Source of the DNA: Octopus sinensis | Taxonomy: Eukaryota | NCBI RefSeq assembly: GCF_006345805.1 | Contig: NC_042997.1 | Location: 25,172,001 to 25,236,000 of the forward strand | Length of the DNA: 64,000 nucleotides | Direction of reading: 5' to 3' | Shown here: positions 50,658 to 63,990 of the stretch, in pieces | How the letters are laid out: each line of letters begins with the position of its first letter | How positions within the stretch are numbered: position 1 is the stretch's first letter | Program-made: the position numbers and the translations under genes | The notes under the pieces: model-generated | What the model was told of the DNA's origin: nothing | Databases searched by the model: none | What the model saw: the letters and a program-made list of their open reading frames with translations, nothing else

Positions 50658-52506
50658 GATTCGTGGATTTTGGAAACATGTGAGGAATAGCTGAGAACGT
50701 GCGTGCACTGATTAACAGTGTGTCTAGTTGGAAAACGCGTCTTTCCTGTAACAACCAGCACTTAGCCGAGGTAACAATCGCAAGAGGTATCTTCCAAGGA
50801 GACTCTTGTTCACCTCTGTTATTTGTTATAGTCTTGATCTCACTTTCTGTAGTCCTGCATAAAATCAACGTGCACTATCAGCTGAGAAAGAACGGACCTC
50901 GTCTCAACAACCTTCCCCTCATGGATGATTTAAAACTCTTCGCCAAAAAACAGAGCCTGAAATGGAGAGGCTGGTTGAGACTGTGCAAATATGCTGCAAG
51001 GAAAGAAGGATGGAATTCGGTATCTCGAAGTATGCGGTGCTTACTTTGAAGCAGGAGAAAAGAGTAAATTGTAAGGGCATAGAATTGCCAAAGGGAGAGA
51101 AATTGGAAGATCCGGATGATCATGGATACAAGTACCTTGGAATCCTGGACAATATCTTGCACAGAGAAATGAAAGAGAAAGTCACCACTGCATATTTCAA
51201 GCGCCTCAAACTTCTTTTGAAATCGAAGCTCAACTCAAGGAACCTGTTCGATTAAAGGCGGTGCTCCAGCATGGCAGCAGTCAAATAACTGAAACAAATA
51301 AAATAATATGGTCTGTTGTTGTAGTCCGCTATTATACACCCATCCTGAGATAGACACAAGCGACGATTGACCAACTGGATGTACTACCCGAAAGACAATG
51401 ACAATGCATGGTGCCCTCACACTAAGGCAAATGTATACAGGTTCTACATAAACAGAGGTAAGTGTGGACGTGGGCTGATTAGCGTACGGGAGTGCATCAA
51501 CTGTGAAAGAAGAAACGTGGCAGAATATTTGGTAAATAGCAAAGAAAACCTACTACAGTATACTGTTAGTGCAGAAGGAGTTAACAAAAATGGACTTGAG
51601 AGTGCTCATGAATTCTGAGCAGCCAACAAAAGAGAAGAAACCCTACTCCGTATAGAATTACATGGTCAAATTCCACCATGAAACCAACAAATTAAAAGAC
51701 CAGGGAGCACCATAGAGGTAGCTATCATAGGGTGGCCTAAAAGAGAATACTGGAAGCCTAATCATCGCGGCCCAGGACCAGGCATTGAATACCAACTCAG
51801 TGAAAAATATCATATATCACACAAGTGCAGCGGGCATCTGCAGAATGTGTGGAAAGAGGGTCGAAAGTGTGACTCACATAGTCAGTGCTTGTGAAAGTTT
51901 TGCGCAGAAAGAGTACAAGCGAAGACACGACAAAGTAGCCCAAAACCTCCACTGGCTACTATGCCATATGGATATGAGGTTACGAGTGCTTGGTACCAAC
52001 ATACACCGGTAAAAGTAATGGACGAAAAGGGGGAAGGCAACAATCCTCTGTGACTTTGATTTCCAGACAAACAAAACATTAGAGCACCGAAGGCTGGATA
52101 TAGTAATCTTTTGAAGGGGCAAAAGAGAGTGCCTGGAAATCGACGTAGCAGTGTCAGGAGATAAATACATCATCATCAATAAAAGAGGAAAAGTTGATAA
52201 GTATGGAGACATGAGAATTGAGATCGCTAAGATGTGACAGGTACGAGAGCCGAACATAAATGTTATCCCTATTGTCATCGGAGCATTGGGTTCAATAATA
52301 CCCAGTCTGAAAAAAAACATCGGAAAATCTTAGAAATGCTCTACAATCTAGATGTATTGTAAAAGTTGGCATTTCTTGGAACTGCACGCATATTGCGTAA
52401 AGTACTGTCTGTTTGAGGTCCTTGTGATTTGACAAACAGTACAAATCCCCGGTAGACACAATATCCTCAATCAACAACCTCACAATATTGTACACTGTGC
52501 GATGTC
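50658..52506 (+). mobile_element. 5'-truncated R4/Dong-like LINE (RT motifs, CCHC, RLE)
   Basis: RGIFQGDSCSPLLF, LMDDLKLFAK, YKYLGILD, CRMCGKRVESVTHIVSACESFAQKEYKRRHDKV, DFQTNK, GTARILRKVL; a B-SINE tail at 51244-51305; (AAT)n on both sides. Confidence 0.93.
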
Positions 52507-52578
<72 letters not shown>

Positions 52579-52581
<3 letters not shown>

Positions 52582-52860
52582 CAGAATGTGGAATCTAAAA
52601 ACAGAAACAATTCCTATCATAGTAGGTGCATTAGGCATGATAAAAAAATATTCAGACAAATACATAACAAAAACACCAGGACTTACAAACACATATAACA
52701 TACAGAAAATTGCACTACTAGGCACTGCACACATCCTACGCAGAACACTTTCCATACAATAACCATCAGAGCATCACAACAAATCACAACACATACCCAA
52801 GGCACACAGAGCTGCGCTCGGTAGTGAAGTGAAAGCACGTTATAAAAATAAACTACTGAA
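52579..52860 (+). mobile_element. Short, little-decayed R4/Dong-like 3' end
   Basis: Open frame TRMWNLKTETIPIIVGALGMIKKYSDKYITKTPGLTNTYNIQKIALLGTAHILRRTLSIQ* plus 3' UTR, with (AAT)n on both sides. Confidence 0.9.
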
Positions 52861-52874
52861 TAATAATAATAATA

Positions 52875-52948
<74 letters not shown>

Positions 52949-53317
52949 TAATAATAATAATAATAATAATGAGTAAGAGAGATATAAATCATACTCAGAT
53001 TTATTTTGTGTATCATCTCACACTAACTCTTACACAGATTTATCTACATATTCATTCGAATATTCAGTCACAGGATCATACACAGGTATACATGCAATCT
53101 CATCTACGGTTTCTTTTACAAACTCTTTCACACCAGTTTTATCACATACACATAATTTCATCTACACAATCATGCTCAGAATTGTACGTAGACTACACAA
53201 TTATTCCCAGATTCATTAAGAATTTCTGTAAGACAATGGCCAGAGAATCGTACAGAGTTTCATTTACACGTTAATTGATAGGTTCATTTGCAATTTCATT
53301 AAACTACTACGCATATA

Positions 53318-53566
53318 TGTGGAGGTGCGTGGCTTAATGGTTAGGGTAGTGAACTCATGATCATAAGGTTGTGGTTTCGATTCCTGGACCGGATGATGCA
53401 TTGTGTTCTTGAGCAAAACTCTTCATTTTCACGTTACTCCAGTCCACTCAGTTGGCAAAAATGAGTAATCCTGCGACAGACAGGCGTCCCGGCCAGGTGG
53501 GGAATTTCTATGCCACTGAAACCGGGAAACCGGCCCTTATGAGCCTGGCATGACTCGAGAAGGAAC
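53318..53566 (+). mobile_element. tRNA-headed CORE-type SINE (D-like head, different tail)
   Basis: GGAGGTGCGTGGCTTAATGGTTAGGG...GGTTTCGATTCC, CTTGAGCAAAAC..CTCCAGTCCACTCAG; ACTACGCA(T/C)ATAT on both flanks. Confidence 0.8.
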
Positions 53567-54465
53567 TACGCACATATACATTAATTATTACGTTCATTCA
53601 CAATTCCATATAAAAAAAAATCATGAACTGATAATATACAAAACCCTTAACATATTTACAACCATTCTCCCATGATGTCATCTACAAAATTATACAGACC
53701 CATTCACCGCCGTTTTCACCAGTCTCACTTCGCTTTCACTCTTTTTTTTCACACCATTCTCTTTTCTTTTTATCATTCCTTATCTTTACTTCATTTCTCA
53801 CTCTCTAGCACTTTCTCAAACACACTTCTCCGCTCTCTGTCTTAGAATATCAGATGTTCTTTCTCATACCTATAACAAAGCATTTTCATACACTCAATTC
53901 CTTATCTTCTTAAATACCCCGCTCTCATCCTCGTCAGACCTTCTTCCAACGCATTCGTACTTCCTCTCTCTCTCTTTCCCCATCCCATACAAATCAAATC
54001 TCTCGTTTTCATTTCCTCTTATACATTAATTTAGATTCTACATTTTTTTATGATCAAAACTAAATAATTTTTCTTTCTTCTCCCTCCTTTGTTTTCCTCT
54101 CTCTTCCCAAACACACTTCCCATATTGTACTCTGGTACGTTGTGGCTTATTTACTCATTCACTCTATTCTATTTTCACTCGCAGCCTCAGAGCTTACTGC
54201 CAATGTTTCGCAGTAAGCTCTCATTACTCTCAAATTTTTCTTTCTCTCTCTCTCACTCTCTCACTCTCTCTCTCACACACATACACACGTTATTTCTCTC
54301 TCATCGTCTGACACCTCTTGAGTTTCCAGGTTTCGTACTCCAAAAAGACAAATATGAATAAAAGTAAAAAGGAAACATAAAATAAAGGGAAGCATTTAAT
54401 ATAGGAGGCACAGTGACAAAAAATAGTAAAATTTTTAAAGACGGAACACTTACACACATACACAT

Positions 54466-54690
54466 ACCTATTTCTTTACTACCCACAAGGGGCTAAACAC
54501 AGAGAGGACAAACAAGGACAGACAAACTGATTAAGTCGATTATATCGACCCCAATGCATAACTGGTACTTAATTTATCGACCCCGAAAGGATGAAAGGCA
54601 AAGTCGACCTCGGCGGGATTTGAACTCAGAACGTAACGGCAGACGAAATACGGCTACGCATTTAGCCCGGCGTGCTAACGATTCTGCCTG
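54466..54690 (-). mobile_element. Family A SINE
   Basis: Body and head; left end retains the multimer junction CCTATTTC. Confidence 0.88.
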
Positions 54691-55049
54691 CGCACCACCC
54701 TACACACATACACATACACACCACACATACTCGCGCACGCACACACACACACAGAGTCTTTCTCTCTCTCTCTTTCTCTCCATATATATCTCACTTCTCT
54801 TTTCTCCTCTAACAACTTGTTTTAACCTCACATTTACCCTTTAACAGTTTTGATATTTCTACCTTAAAATAATTTCAATTTAACCCCAACAGCATCATCT
54901 CTTCTATTTCATTTCTTTGTTCACCTTTAAAACTTCACATTTCCTTGGCAAACAACTATCTAACTCTCCATCTCTCTTACCACACTCTCTAAACCTTTTT
55001 CTCTCGCTCTTCTTCTTTCCGCCGCACCATTATTCCTTTCCTAGTTAAA

Positions 55050-55447
55050 TCTTTATATATAAAAGTGAAGTTGTGTGTCTGTCTCCTACGATTTAGATTC
55101 CTAACTACTCCCATATTTTGCGGTGCAGTTTAACCAAAACCGGGTATCTTATAGTCGTGATTCATATCGAGCCCTTCTGGGTAATAGCGCGCGTCTACGA
55201 TGAGTCTACGATTTAAAAAAAAAATTACCATAATTTTTTTCCATTTTAATGCATTTTTTCGCTATTATATAAGGGAAATAACTCTCTAAAAATGTCTACG
55301 ATGAGTCAACGATTTAAAAAAAAAATTACCATCATTTTTTTCCCATTTTTAATGCATTGTTTTGCTATTTTTTGGCTATAACTCTCTAAAAATGCTTATA
55401 TAGTTATTTCCCTTACAAACCCGAGCAACGCCGGGCGATACTGCTAG
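55050..55447 (+). mobile_element. Non-autonomous Helitron
   Basis: A|TCTTTATATATAAAAG 5' end, subterminal hairpin CCCGAGC-AAC-GCCGGG (55420-55435), CTAG|T 3' end, no TSD; internal ~99-bp tandem duplication. Confidence 0.85.
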
Positions 55448-55930
55448 TATTTTATAATAGCCTTCCTTTACTTCTCTCAGCTTCCCCTAACGTGTGGTGT
55501 ATTTTTACACGTACACTCGCACACACATACATGATCTCCATGTATCAATCCCTCTTCCACAATTGAGGCAGTGAACCGTTACACGAACGCACTTTGCTGC
55601 CCTCTAAGGTGTACATCAGTGCATAACATCAACCGCAGACCAACGTCGATGCGGTTTGTGGGCATGCACTAACCAACCACTCATTTTTATTGACCTTTTG
55701 CAAAATGACGTTTATTATTTCTTCTTCTATGAGGGCGGCAGATTGGCAAAAGCGGCAGAGTAGCTAACGGACAATTTTACGTTACTATTTTAATTTCTTT
55801 CTTATATTCTGATTTCAGTCACATCGACTTCTATATTTTCGAGGTCATGAAGAAAAATTATCATTGAAATATTGGATTCAATAAAATAATTTTTTAGTCA
55901 AATAGTGGATTTATCAACCGCTAAACCCGA

Positions 55931-55965
55931 TACAATTGACTACAATTGACTAGAGATTGAAACAC

Positions 55966-55996
<31 letters not shown>

Positions 55997-56301
55997 CTTC
56001 TTCTTCTTCTTCTTCTTCTTCTTCTTCTTCTTCTTCTTCTTCTCTTCTTTTTCTTCTTCTTTTTCTTCTCTTCTTCTTTCTTCTTCTTTTCTTCTTCTTT
56101 TTTTCTTCTTCTTCTTTCTTCTTCTTCTTCTTCTTCTTCTTTCTCTTCTTCTTTCTCTTCTTCTTTTTCTTCTTCTTCTTCTTTCTCTTCTTCTTTTTCT
56201 TCTTCTTCTTCTTCTCCTACCAATTCATTATTATTATTATTATTATTATATTATTATTATTATTATTATTATATTATTATATTGACTAGAGATTGAAACA
56301 C

Positions 56302-56332
<31 letters not shown>

Positions 56333-56371
56333 CTTCTTCTTCTTCTCTCTCTTCTTCTTCTCCCTACCATT

Positions 56372-56403
<32 letters not shown>

Positions 56404-56470
56404 GACTAGAGATTGAAACACACTTCTTCTTCTTTCTTCTTCTTCTTTTTCTTTCTTTCTTTCTTTCATT
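55931..56470. repeat. Higher-order compound repeat with unique linkers
   Basis: ATTGACTAGAGATTGAAACACAC at 55945, 56281 and 56401, each followed by (TTC)n; first two followed by CTACCA(A/T)TTC and (ATT)n. Confidence 0.92.
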
Positions 56471-56796
56471 CTGGTTTTCCTTCAAATCCTACTTAAATTT
56501 CTTCATATTTTTTTTCTTACTATAATCTTCAGTGATTTTCCTCTAATTAATTATTTTTCAAATACTAATTATTTCTTAATCGGTTACTCGTTGCACATGC
56601 TAGAGGAGGAGATACGGCCTGTTATATTAAGCCTAGCATTTACATTGTACGTATTTTATTGATCTTAACACTAATTGAAGTAAAAACATCGAATCTCATA
56701 GGTTTTTGAATTCGCAGCGAAACGAATCACTCAAACGTGTCTGTTCGTCGTTTGTAGCTTTTTCACCACTCATGTGACTATATGAATATAATAATA

Positions 56797-56836
<40 letters not shown>

Positions 56837-56910
56837 TAATAATACAATAATAATAATAATAATTAATAATAATAATAATAATAATTAATAATAATAATAA
56901 TAATAATAAC

Positions 56911-56953
<43 letters not shown>

Positions 56954-56954
56954 T

Positions 56955-57113
56955 GTGCTGTTTATCTTGATATGAGATCACAATATCGCGCACATATGGT
57001 TGTGATGCATGTACCTGGTGTACCCTTATCAGACGGGTAGTCATGATGGGTATATTGGGCTTCGTATATTTTACCACAGTGTCACTTTGATGGCATGAAC
57101 TGCTCTCTCACTC

Positions 57114-57120
<7 letters not shown>
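56955..57120 (+). mobile_element. 3' fragment of the non-coding (AAT)n-embedded element
   Basis: GCTGTTTATCTTGATATGAGATCAC...CTGCTCTCTCACTCAATAATAAT between (AAT)n tracts. Confidence 0.88.
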
Positions 57121-57151
<31 letters not shown>

Positions 57152-57204
57152 TAATAATGATAATAATAATATCAACAACAACAACAACAAATATTATTAT
57201 TATC

Positions 57205-58160
57205 ATTGCCTTTGCACAGCTTCTAACGCTGGGGATGTACTACAGTGTCAGCTGTTCACTACCAGTGAACTAAGGTAACACCACTTAAATTTAGAGCACC
57301 TTCCGGAGTATTCGAGCGGTTCCAAGCAGTGCCGTTTTCTGCAAGTGCTCCACCTTTATTGCAACCCCCATTTGTTTCAAGTACTTCTTGAAATTTTTGC
57401 TAACTGTTCTCAGGGCTCCGACAATTATTGGTACTACTGCTACCTTTCTCATCAACCACAACTGCTAAACTTCCCAAGCTAACCTGTCATATCTCTCAAC
57501 TTTTATTTCTTCCTTATCGCATACCTTGTTGTCAGCTGGGCATACTATTTCTATGATCCAGCATAGTTTGTTTTCTGTCTCAATTAAGACTATGTCCGAC
57601 TTCCTATTCTCTATCTCATGGTCGCACGGAATTATAAAACCCCCATAGGATCTTTGCATTTCTATTTTCAACGATGCCTTCAGGTTTGTGGTCGTACCAA
57701 TTTTTTTCTCTGTCAATACCATACTTGTTGCAAAGTGTCCAAAGGACAAGCCTGGCTATATTGTCGTGGCGTCTCTTATATTCCTTCTGGGCTAGTGGTG
57801 TACATTGGCTGGTAATATGCAATACGATTTCACCGTTTTCTCCAAAGATTCTGCACTTGGCACTTTCTGCTGTTTTATCTATTCTGTATTTTATGTAATT
57901 TGTTCTTAGTACTCGCTCTCGGGTAACACACATTAGAGCCTCCGTTTCCGGTTTTAAATCACTTTTAGTCATCCACAGCCATCTTTTTTTCTGTCCGTCT
58001 TATCTTCAACATCCCTATGAAATTTACCATGCGTTCTTTTCTTTACCCACCTATTTTCAGTTTCATTCGTCTTCAATTTCTTGTATAGTGCTTTATATTT
58101 GCCGTCTTTCAGCCTTCTTACTTCTTACAATAGCGGTTCTGTGGCATTTTTACATATCAT
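57205..58160 (-). mobile_element. 5'-truncated R4/Dong-like LINE (CCHC + RLE)
   Basis: SDLKPETEAL...KCRIFGENGEIVLHITSQCTPLAQKEYKRRHDNIA...RKSDIVL...KVERYDRLAWEV...KTALLGTARILRKVL; flanked by ATT/ATC tracts. Confidence 0.92.
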
Positions 58161-58225
58161 CATCATCATCATCATCGTCATCATCATCATCACTATTATT
58201 ATATTATTATTTATTATTATTATTA

Positions 58226-58260
<35 letters not shown>

Positions 58261-58274
58261 CATAATCATATCAT

Positions 58275-58311
<37 letters not shown>

Positions 58312-58516
58312 TATTATTATTATTATTATTATTATCATCATCATCATCATCATAATCATCATCATCATTATTTATTATTATTATTATTATATTATTATTA
58401 TTATTATTATTATCATTATATCATCATCATCATCATCCTATAATCATTATATTATTTATTAATATTATATTATTATTATTATTATTATTATTATAATTAT
58501 TATTATTATTATTATT

Positions 58517-58547
<31 letters not shown>

Positions 58548-58550
<3 letters not shown>

Positions 58551-58785
58551 GAGCTGGCAGAAAAGGCCAGCTGGCAGAATCGTTAGCACGCCGAGCGAAA
58601 TGCTTAGCAGTATTTCGTCTGGCTTTACGTTCTGAGTTCAAACTTCGCCGATGTCGACTTTGCCTTTCATCCTTTCGGGGTCGATAAATTAAGTACCAGT
58701 TGCGTACTGGGGTCGATCTAATCGACAGGAATCCTCATCTAAAATTTCGGGCCTTGTGCCTAGAGTAGAAAAAATTATTATTATT
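58548..58785 (+). mobile_element. Family A SINE monomer with alternative tail
   Basis: Duplicated head GAGCTGGCAGAA, body, tail GGCCTTGTGCCTAGAGTAGAAAA. Confidence 0.88.
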
Positions 58786-59959
58786 ATTATTGGTTTCAAT
58801 TTAAAACACAAGACCAGCAATTTTAATGTGAAAAGATTAGTTGATACTATCGATCTTAGTATTTAATCTGCGCTGTTTTGCTTATCTACTTAAAAAATGG
58901 ACGCAAGTTTTATTAACCTTGGACGAATTGAATTCTTAAGTTAATTGACTTCTAATGATTCTGACAGGTAGTCGCCCCTAATTAACAAAGAAAGCGATCA
59001 GAAAAAACCAATCGATACAACTAATTGTATCACTTGACTGGTAATTTGCTTTATCGACCCCGGGAAGAAAGATAAAGTTATCATTTTCAGTTAGCAACCA
59101 GTGGAGAACTAGAAACAAGTAGATGCACCAATGAACTTCACCTCTGAAATGTTACATTATTGCAGCTACAATCTCTGCTGACACTTACTGGTTATTATGA
59201 TTTTCTCTTGTCTCTTCTGAGAAGGAACAGAAGTGGCTTTTAACTCGACGCTTCTAACAACTGCACCTTTTGCAGCGGAAGGTAAATCTAGGTGACACCC
59301 ATTCCTTTTCCTTCAAAGAGTACTGCTCTTGATTACCATTGTGGCCATCAAGGGTAAACAAAACCCGAAGGCCCCTGCAGAACCCTTTGAAACAAAGAGC
59401 AGTGGTCATGAAATCAGAATACATCACATGCAAATACAGTTGCGCAAATGTGACACAAATTAAGGTGGTGAGCTGATAGAATCATTAGCACCGGGTCAAA
59501 ATGTTGAACGAGATTTCGTTCTGACTTTAAATTCCGTCGAGGTCGACTTTGAATTTCCTCGATTGGGACTCGAAATTGCTGGCCTTGTGCCAAAATTTGC
59601 AAGTGGTATCAGTAACAAATTCTCCAGATATAAGCTTTGTACTCCTTGAGATCCACAAGCAAGCGGAGAAATGATGGGTGCACTCAATATAATTGCTTCT
59701 TCTACCATTTCTTCATTCTATAAAATCGGTACAAACTTCCAAATGAAGTATCCTGTTTTTTGGAGCAGGCGTTCAGCGCATTATCGACCAGAGGTTCTTC
59801 CATTCCCCTACATCTCTGAAAATATATACTACATTCCTAATTAAAAAGGTATCTAATGTGGTACTATCTTTTGTGATATCCCCCATTTATTCACTTAGAT
59901 TTTTTTTCGTAATTTCAAATCGAGTATCATATTTGCATATTTGTACTCACAGCTATGAA

Positions 59960-60352
59960 TGGTGAGCTAGCAGAAACGTTAGCACGCCGGGCGAAATGCT
60001 TCGAGGTATTTCGTCTGCCGTTACGTTCTGAGATCATATTCCGCCGAGGTCGACTTTGCCTTTCATTCTTTCGGGGTCGATAAATTAAGTACCAGTTACC
60101 CACTGGGGTCGTTATAATCGCCTTAATCCGTTTGTCTGCCCTTGTTTGTCCTCTCTGTCTTTAGCCCCTTGTGGGTAGTAAAGAAATAGGTATTTCGTCT
60201 GACTTTACGTTCTGATTTTAAATTCCGTCGGGGTCGAATTTGCCTTTCATCATTTCGGGGGTCAATAAATTAAGTACCAGTTGCGTACTGGGTTCGAACT
60301 AATCGACTGGCCCCCTCCCCCAAAATGCCGGGCTTTGTGCCTAGAGTAGAAA
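59960..60352 (+). mobile_element. Family A SINE dimer with alternative tail
   Basis: Junction AAGAAATAG-GTATTTCGTC at ~60189; tail GGGCTTTGTGCCTAGAGTAGAAAAG. Confidence 0.9.
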
Positions 60353-60911
60353 AGTATACACACACACACACACCACACACACACACACACACAGAATGTA
60401 AATAAATAACATGGATATATAGGTAACAATACACTGCGGCCGTTTCGAACGGCTGCGTTTAATCGAGCAATGATCACATTACATCAAATTGAAAGAAACC
60501 TCTCTCCTCAGGGGCAGATTACCATATAGACTTCCTATATAAGGGATAAACCATTTTAAACACATTTTCATTAATAGTAGAAACCAAAATATTTACATTG
60601 TTTAACAGAATCCATATATATATGTATTAATGCATATACATCCTTGTTAGTTACATTCTGTTTACCTAAATTTGAGCTCTACGGACTATACCGAACCGGA
60701 AAACTGCCCCAATGTAAGTACCTAATTCAACAGAATCGTAATAATATATATATATATATATATATATATTATTATATGGAGAGAGAGAGAGAGAGAGAAG
60801 CGAGAGCGAGAGAGTGAGAGAAAGAGACGTACATACATAATACCTGCATACATATATAAACATGCCTTTTCCTATGTGTTTGAGTGCATGCGGGTATCTG
60901 TGTGTGTACGT

Positions 60912-60963
<52 letters not shown>

Positions 60964-61059
60964 GTGTGTTTGTGTGTGTGGTGTGTGTGTGGTGGTGGTT
61001 GTGTGTATGTATGTATAATAGTACGTTTAAAAAAGAAATCGAAAATACACTGATATAGT

Positions 61060-61093
<34 letters not shown>

Positions 61094-61136
61094 TAGGTAC
61101 ATGTATTAACCATAAAAAGCTTATAAGTATGTATAA

Positions 61137-61184
<48 letters not shown>

Positions 61185-61459
61185 ATACAAATATATTACT
61201 ATACAGATGTGTCTGTATGTATGTATATATATATATATATGTATATGTATATATATATGTTTGTATATGTATATATATATATATATACATATATACAAAT
61301 ATATATATATGTATATGTCTATATATGCATACATAGGTCCTTGTGTTGAATAACGCATGTGTCGTATAGAGCAGTACGCTATAGTGGTAGAGACGATATA
61401 CATATAAATTGTAGAGGGATAGTTATATATATATATACATATGTGTGTATACATTTATA

Positions 61460-61490
<31 letters not shown>

Positions 61491-61573
61491 TATAAAGACA
61501 GAGAGAGGGTAGAGAGAGGGGGAGAGGAAATGAGTGAGCGATAAATAGATATAGACAGCAAGATAGATAGATG

Positions 61574-61638
<65 letters not shown>

Positions 61639-61639
61639 G

Positions 61640-61697
<58 letters not shown>

Positions 61698-62256
61698 TTT
61701 GAATTCTACCCCACGGCGTTTTTCCGTCGCCGCTCGTTTAAGCTATGGAGTGTACGCTCCTGTTTTACTTGCTTTTTATTTTTATCTTTTATATATATAA
61801 CGTCCCCTAACATACTTGTTTTTGTTTCTCCCTGAAACTCTAATATTTTTTAAACACCTGCAGGCAATGCTGGGAGCTATAGCCGAAGTAGACTTGTTTA
61901 AAATCAATCTTGCTTTCTTTGTCCTTGCTCTTTGGCCAACTTAGATATTTTTTTTCTTATTTGTTCTCTTCTTTAAGTATTGCCGTTTGTTACTGCATTT
62001 GTTGTGCAAGTGTTATTTTTATTATCCTTGTTTAAGGCCACTGAAGTTTTCCATTCTCTACAGAGGTTGTTATTCTTGTATATTATTGTTCTGCCTTTGT
62101 TGTTGTAGCTTCCCTTCTTCTTCTTCTTCTTCTTCTTCTTCTTCTTCTTCTTCCTTCTTCTTCTTCTTCTTCTTCTTCTTCTTCTTCTCCTTCTTCTTTC
62201 TTCTCTTCTTCTTCTTCTTCTTCTTTCTTCTCTTCTTTCTCTTCTTCTTCTTCTCT

Positions 62257-62356
62257 NNNNNNNNNNNNNNNNNNNNNNNNNNNNNNNNNNNNNNNNNNNN
62301 NNNNNNNNNNNNNNNNNNNNNNNNNNNNNNNNNNNNNNNNNNNNNNNNNNNNNNNN
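62257..62356. other. Assembly gap (100 N)
   Basis: Run of N next to a (TTC)n tract. Confidence 1.
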
Positions 62357-62813
62357 GTTATATTCGCTGAGAACAAGAATGTTCCCAAATTCTTTTTTAT
62401 CATGTCATGGCTATTTCAGTCTCATTTCCATGATTGGGAGGGTTGTTGGATATCGTGCTGTTACTTTATTATCGGGAATTTACACTTATACAATGTTTCT
62501 CTCCTGAATGTGATAGAATATTGTTTACAGAAAATTCAGTGACCCTTCATAGAATTCCCTACAGAAATAGTCTGTTGACTATGGGGCAGTTGTCATACTG
62601 CTTTCAAATTTTGGCACAAGTCCAACAATTTGGGGGATGAGACAAGTCGATTACATCGACTCCAGTGCTCATCTAGTCCTTATTTTATCGACTTCGAAAG
62701 GATGAAAGGCAAAGTCAACCTCAGTACTATTTGAACTCAGAATATGAAGATGGACGAAAAAGTGGTAAGAACGATTCTCCCAGCTCATCACTCTAAGAGC
62801 AATATTCATATTG

Positions 62814-63027
62814 ATTTCAAATTTTAACACAAAACCAGCAATTTAGGGGGAGGGTTTAAAGCGATTGCATTTAACCCAGCACTCAGCTGATATTTTATCA
62901 GCCCCGATAGAATGAAAAGTAAAGTCGATCTCGGTGGAATTTGAACTCAGGACGTTGGCACAGACGAAATGTCGCCAGGCATTTCGCTCGGTGTGTTAAC
63001 GATTTTGCCAGCTCGCCGCCTTAAAGA
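62814..63027 (-). mobile_element. Degenerate family A SINE
   Basis: TSD AGCAATATTCATATTG at 62798-62813 and 63028-63043; another old copy at ~62600-62780. Confidence 0.8.
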
Positions 63028-63249
63028 AGCAATATTCATATTGCAAACAAGATTACATTTCACCTATACTTGTCGCAATGTGGACCTGGCGAAATGGAAG
63101 CTTAACGTTCTGATGGTCAATTTCTGGAAGTCGGTTTACAGATGTCAACACCACTACAAATGCTGAAAATGAGGCTATGAAACTTAGAAAGCAGTTAAAA
63201 CAAAATTTGTGAATGTGGTCAGTTCAGAGGTATTACAAGTTCTTAAGTC

Positions 63250-63628
63250 GCAGCACCATTTGAGCGTGATCGTTACCAGCGTCGGCTCACTGGCACTTGT
63301 GCCGGTGGCACGTGAAAAAAAATTCGAGCGAGGTCGTTGCCAGTGCCGCTGGAATGACTCCTGTGCAGGTGGCACGTAAAAAACACCATTTCAAGCGTGG
63401 CTGTTGCCAGTACCGCCAGACTGGCCCTCGTGCAAGTGGCACGTAAAAGCACCCACTACACTCTCGGTGTGGTTGGCGTTAGGAAGGGCATCCAGCTGTA
63501 GAAACTCTGCCAGATCAGACTGGAGCCTGGCGCAGCCATCTGGTTTGCCAGTCCTCAGTCAAATCGTCCAAACCATGCTAGCATGGAAAGCGGACGTTAA
63601 AGGATGATGATGATGATGATGATGATGA
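63250..63628 (+). mobile_element. Family E SINE-like element, 5'-truncated, with internal tandem units and (GAT)n tail
   Basis: Three ~60-70-bp units ending GTGGCACGT(G/A)AAA, then GGTTGGCGTTAGGAAGGGCATCCAGCTGTAGAAAC and CCATGCTAGCATGGAAAGCGGACGTTAAA(GAT)n. Confidence 0.75.
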
Positions 63629-63668
63629 ACGATCACATTGGACCATACAGAAATCACACACAGACACA

Positions 63669-63721
<53 letters not shown>

Positions 63722-63951
63722 GAGCGCATGTACTAAGAAGTTTGCTTCCGAACCTCATGGTTCTACGTATAGTCACAGTGAGTACCACTTTGAGTATGTG
63801 TCGTCTACTATAGCCTCAGACAGACCAAAACCTCCTGAGTGGATTTGAAACCGTGATCCTAAGATCGTGAGTGTAGCACCCTGTCCAATTGGTCCTATAA
63901 AGTTGCACACACATATATACACATATGCATACTACATACATATATATATAT

Positions 63952-63990
<39 letters not shown>

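Noticed and set aside
59200-59290. Possible small plus-strand exon ending GCGGAAG|GTAAAT
   Set aside because: Short, ambiguous acceptor, no homology evidence.
60436-60460. GC-rich hairpin GCGGCCGTT-TCG-AACGGCTGC
   Set aside because: Isolated 9-bp stem; may belong to a decayed repeat; no function can be supported, and bacterial-type terminator logic does not apply.
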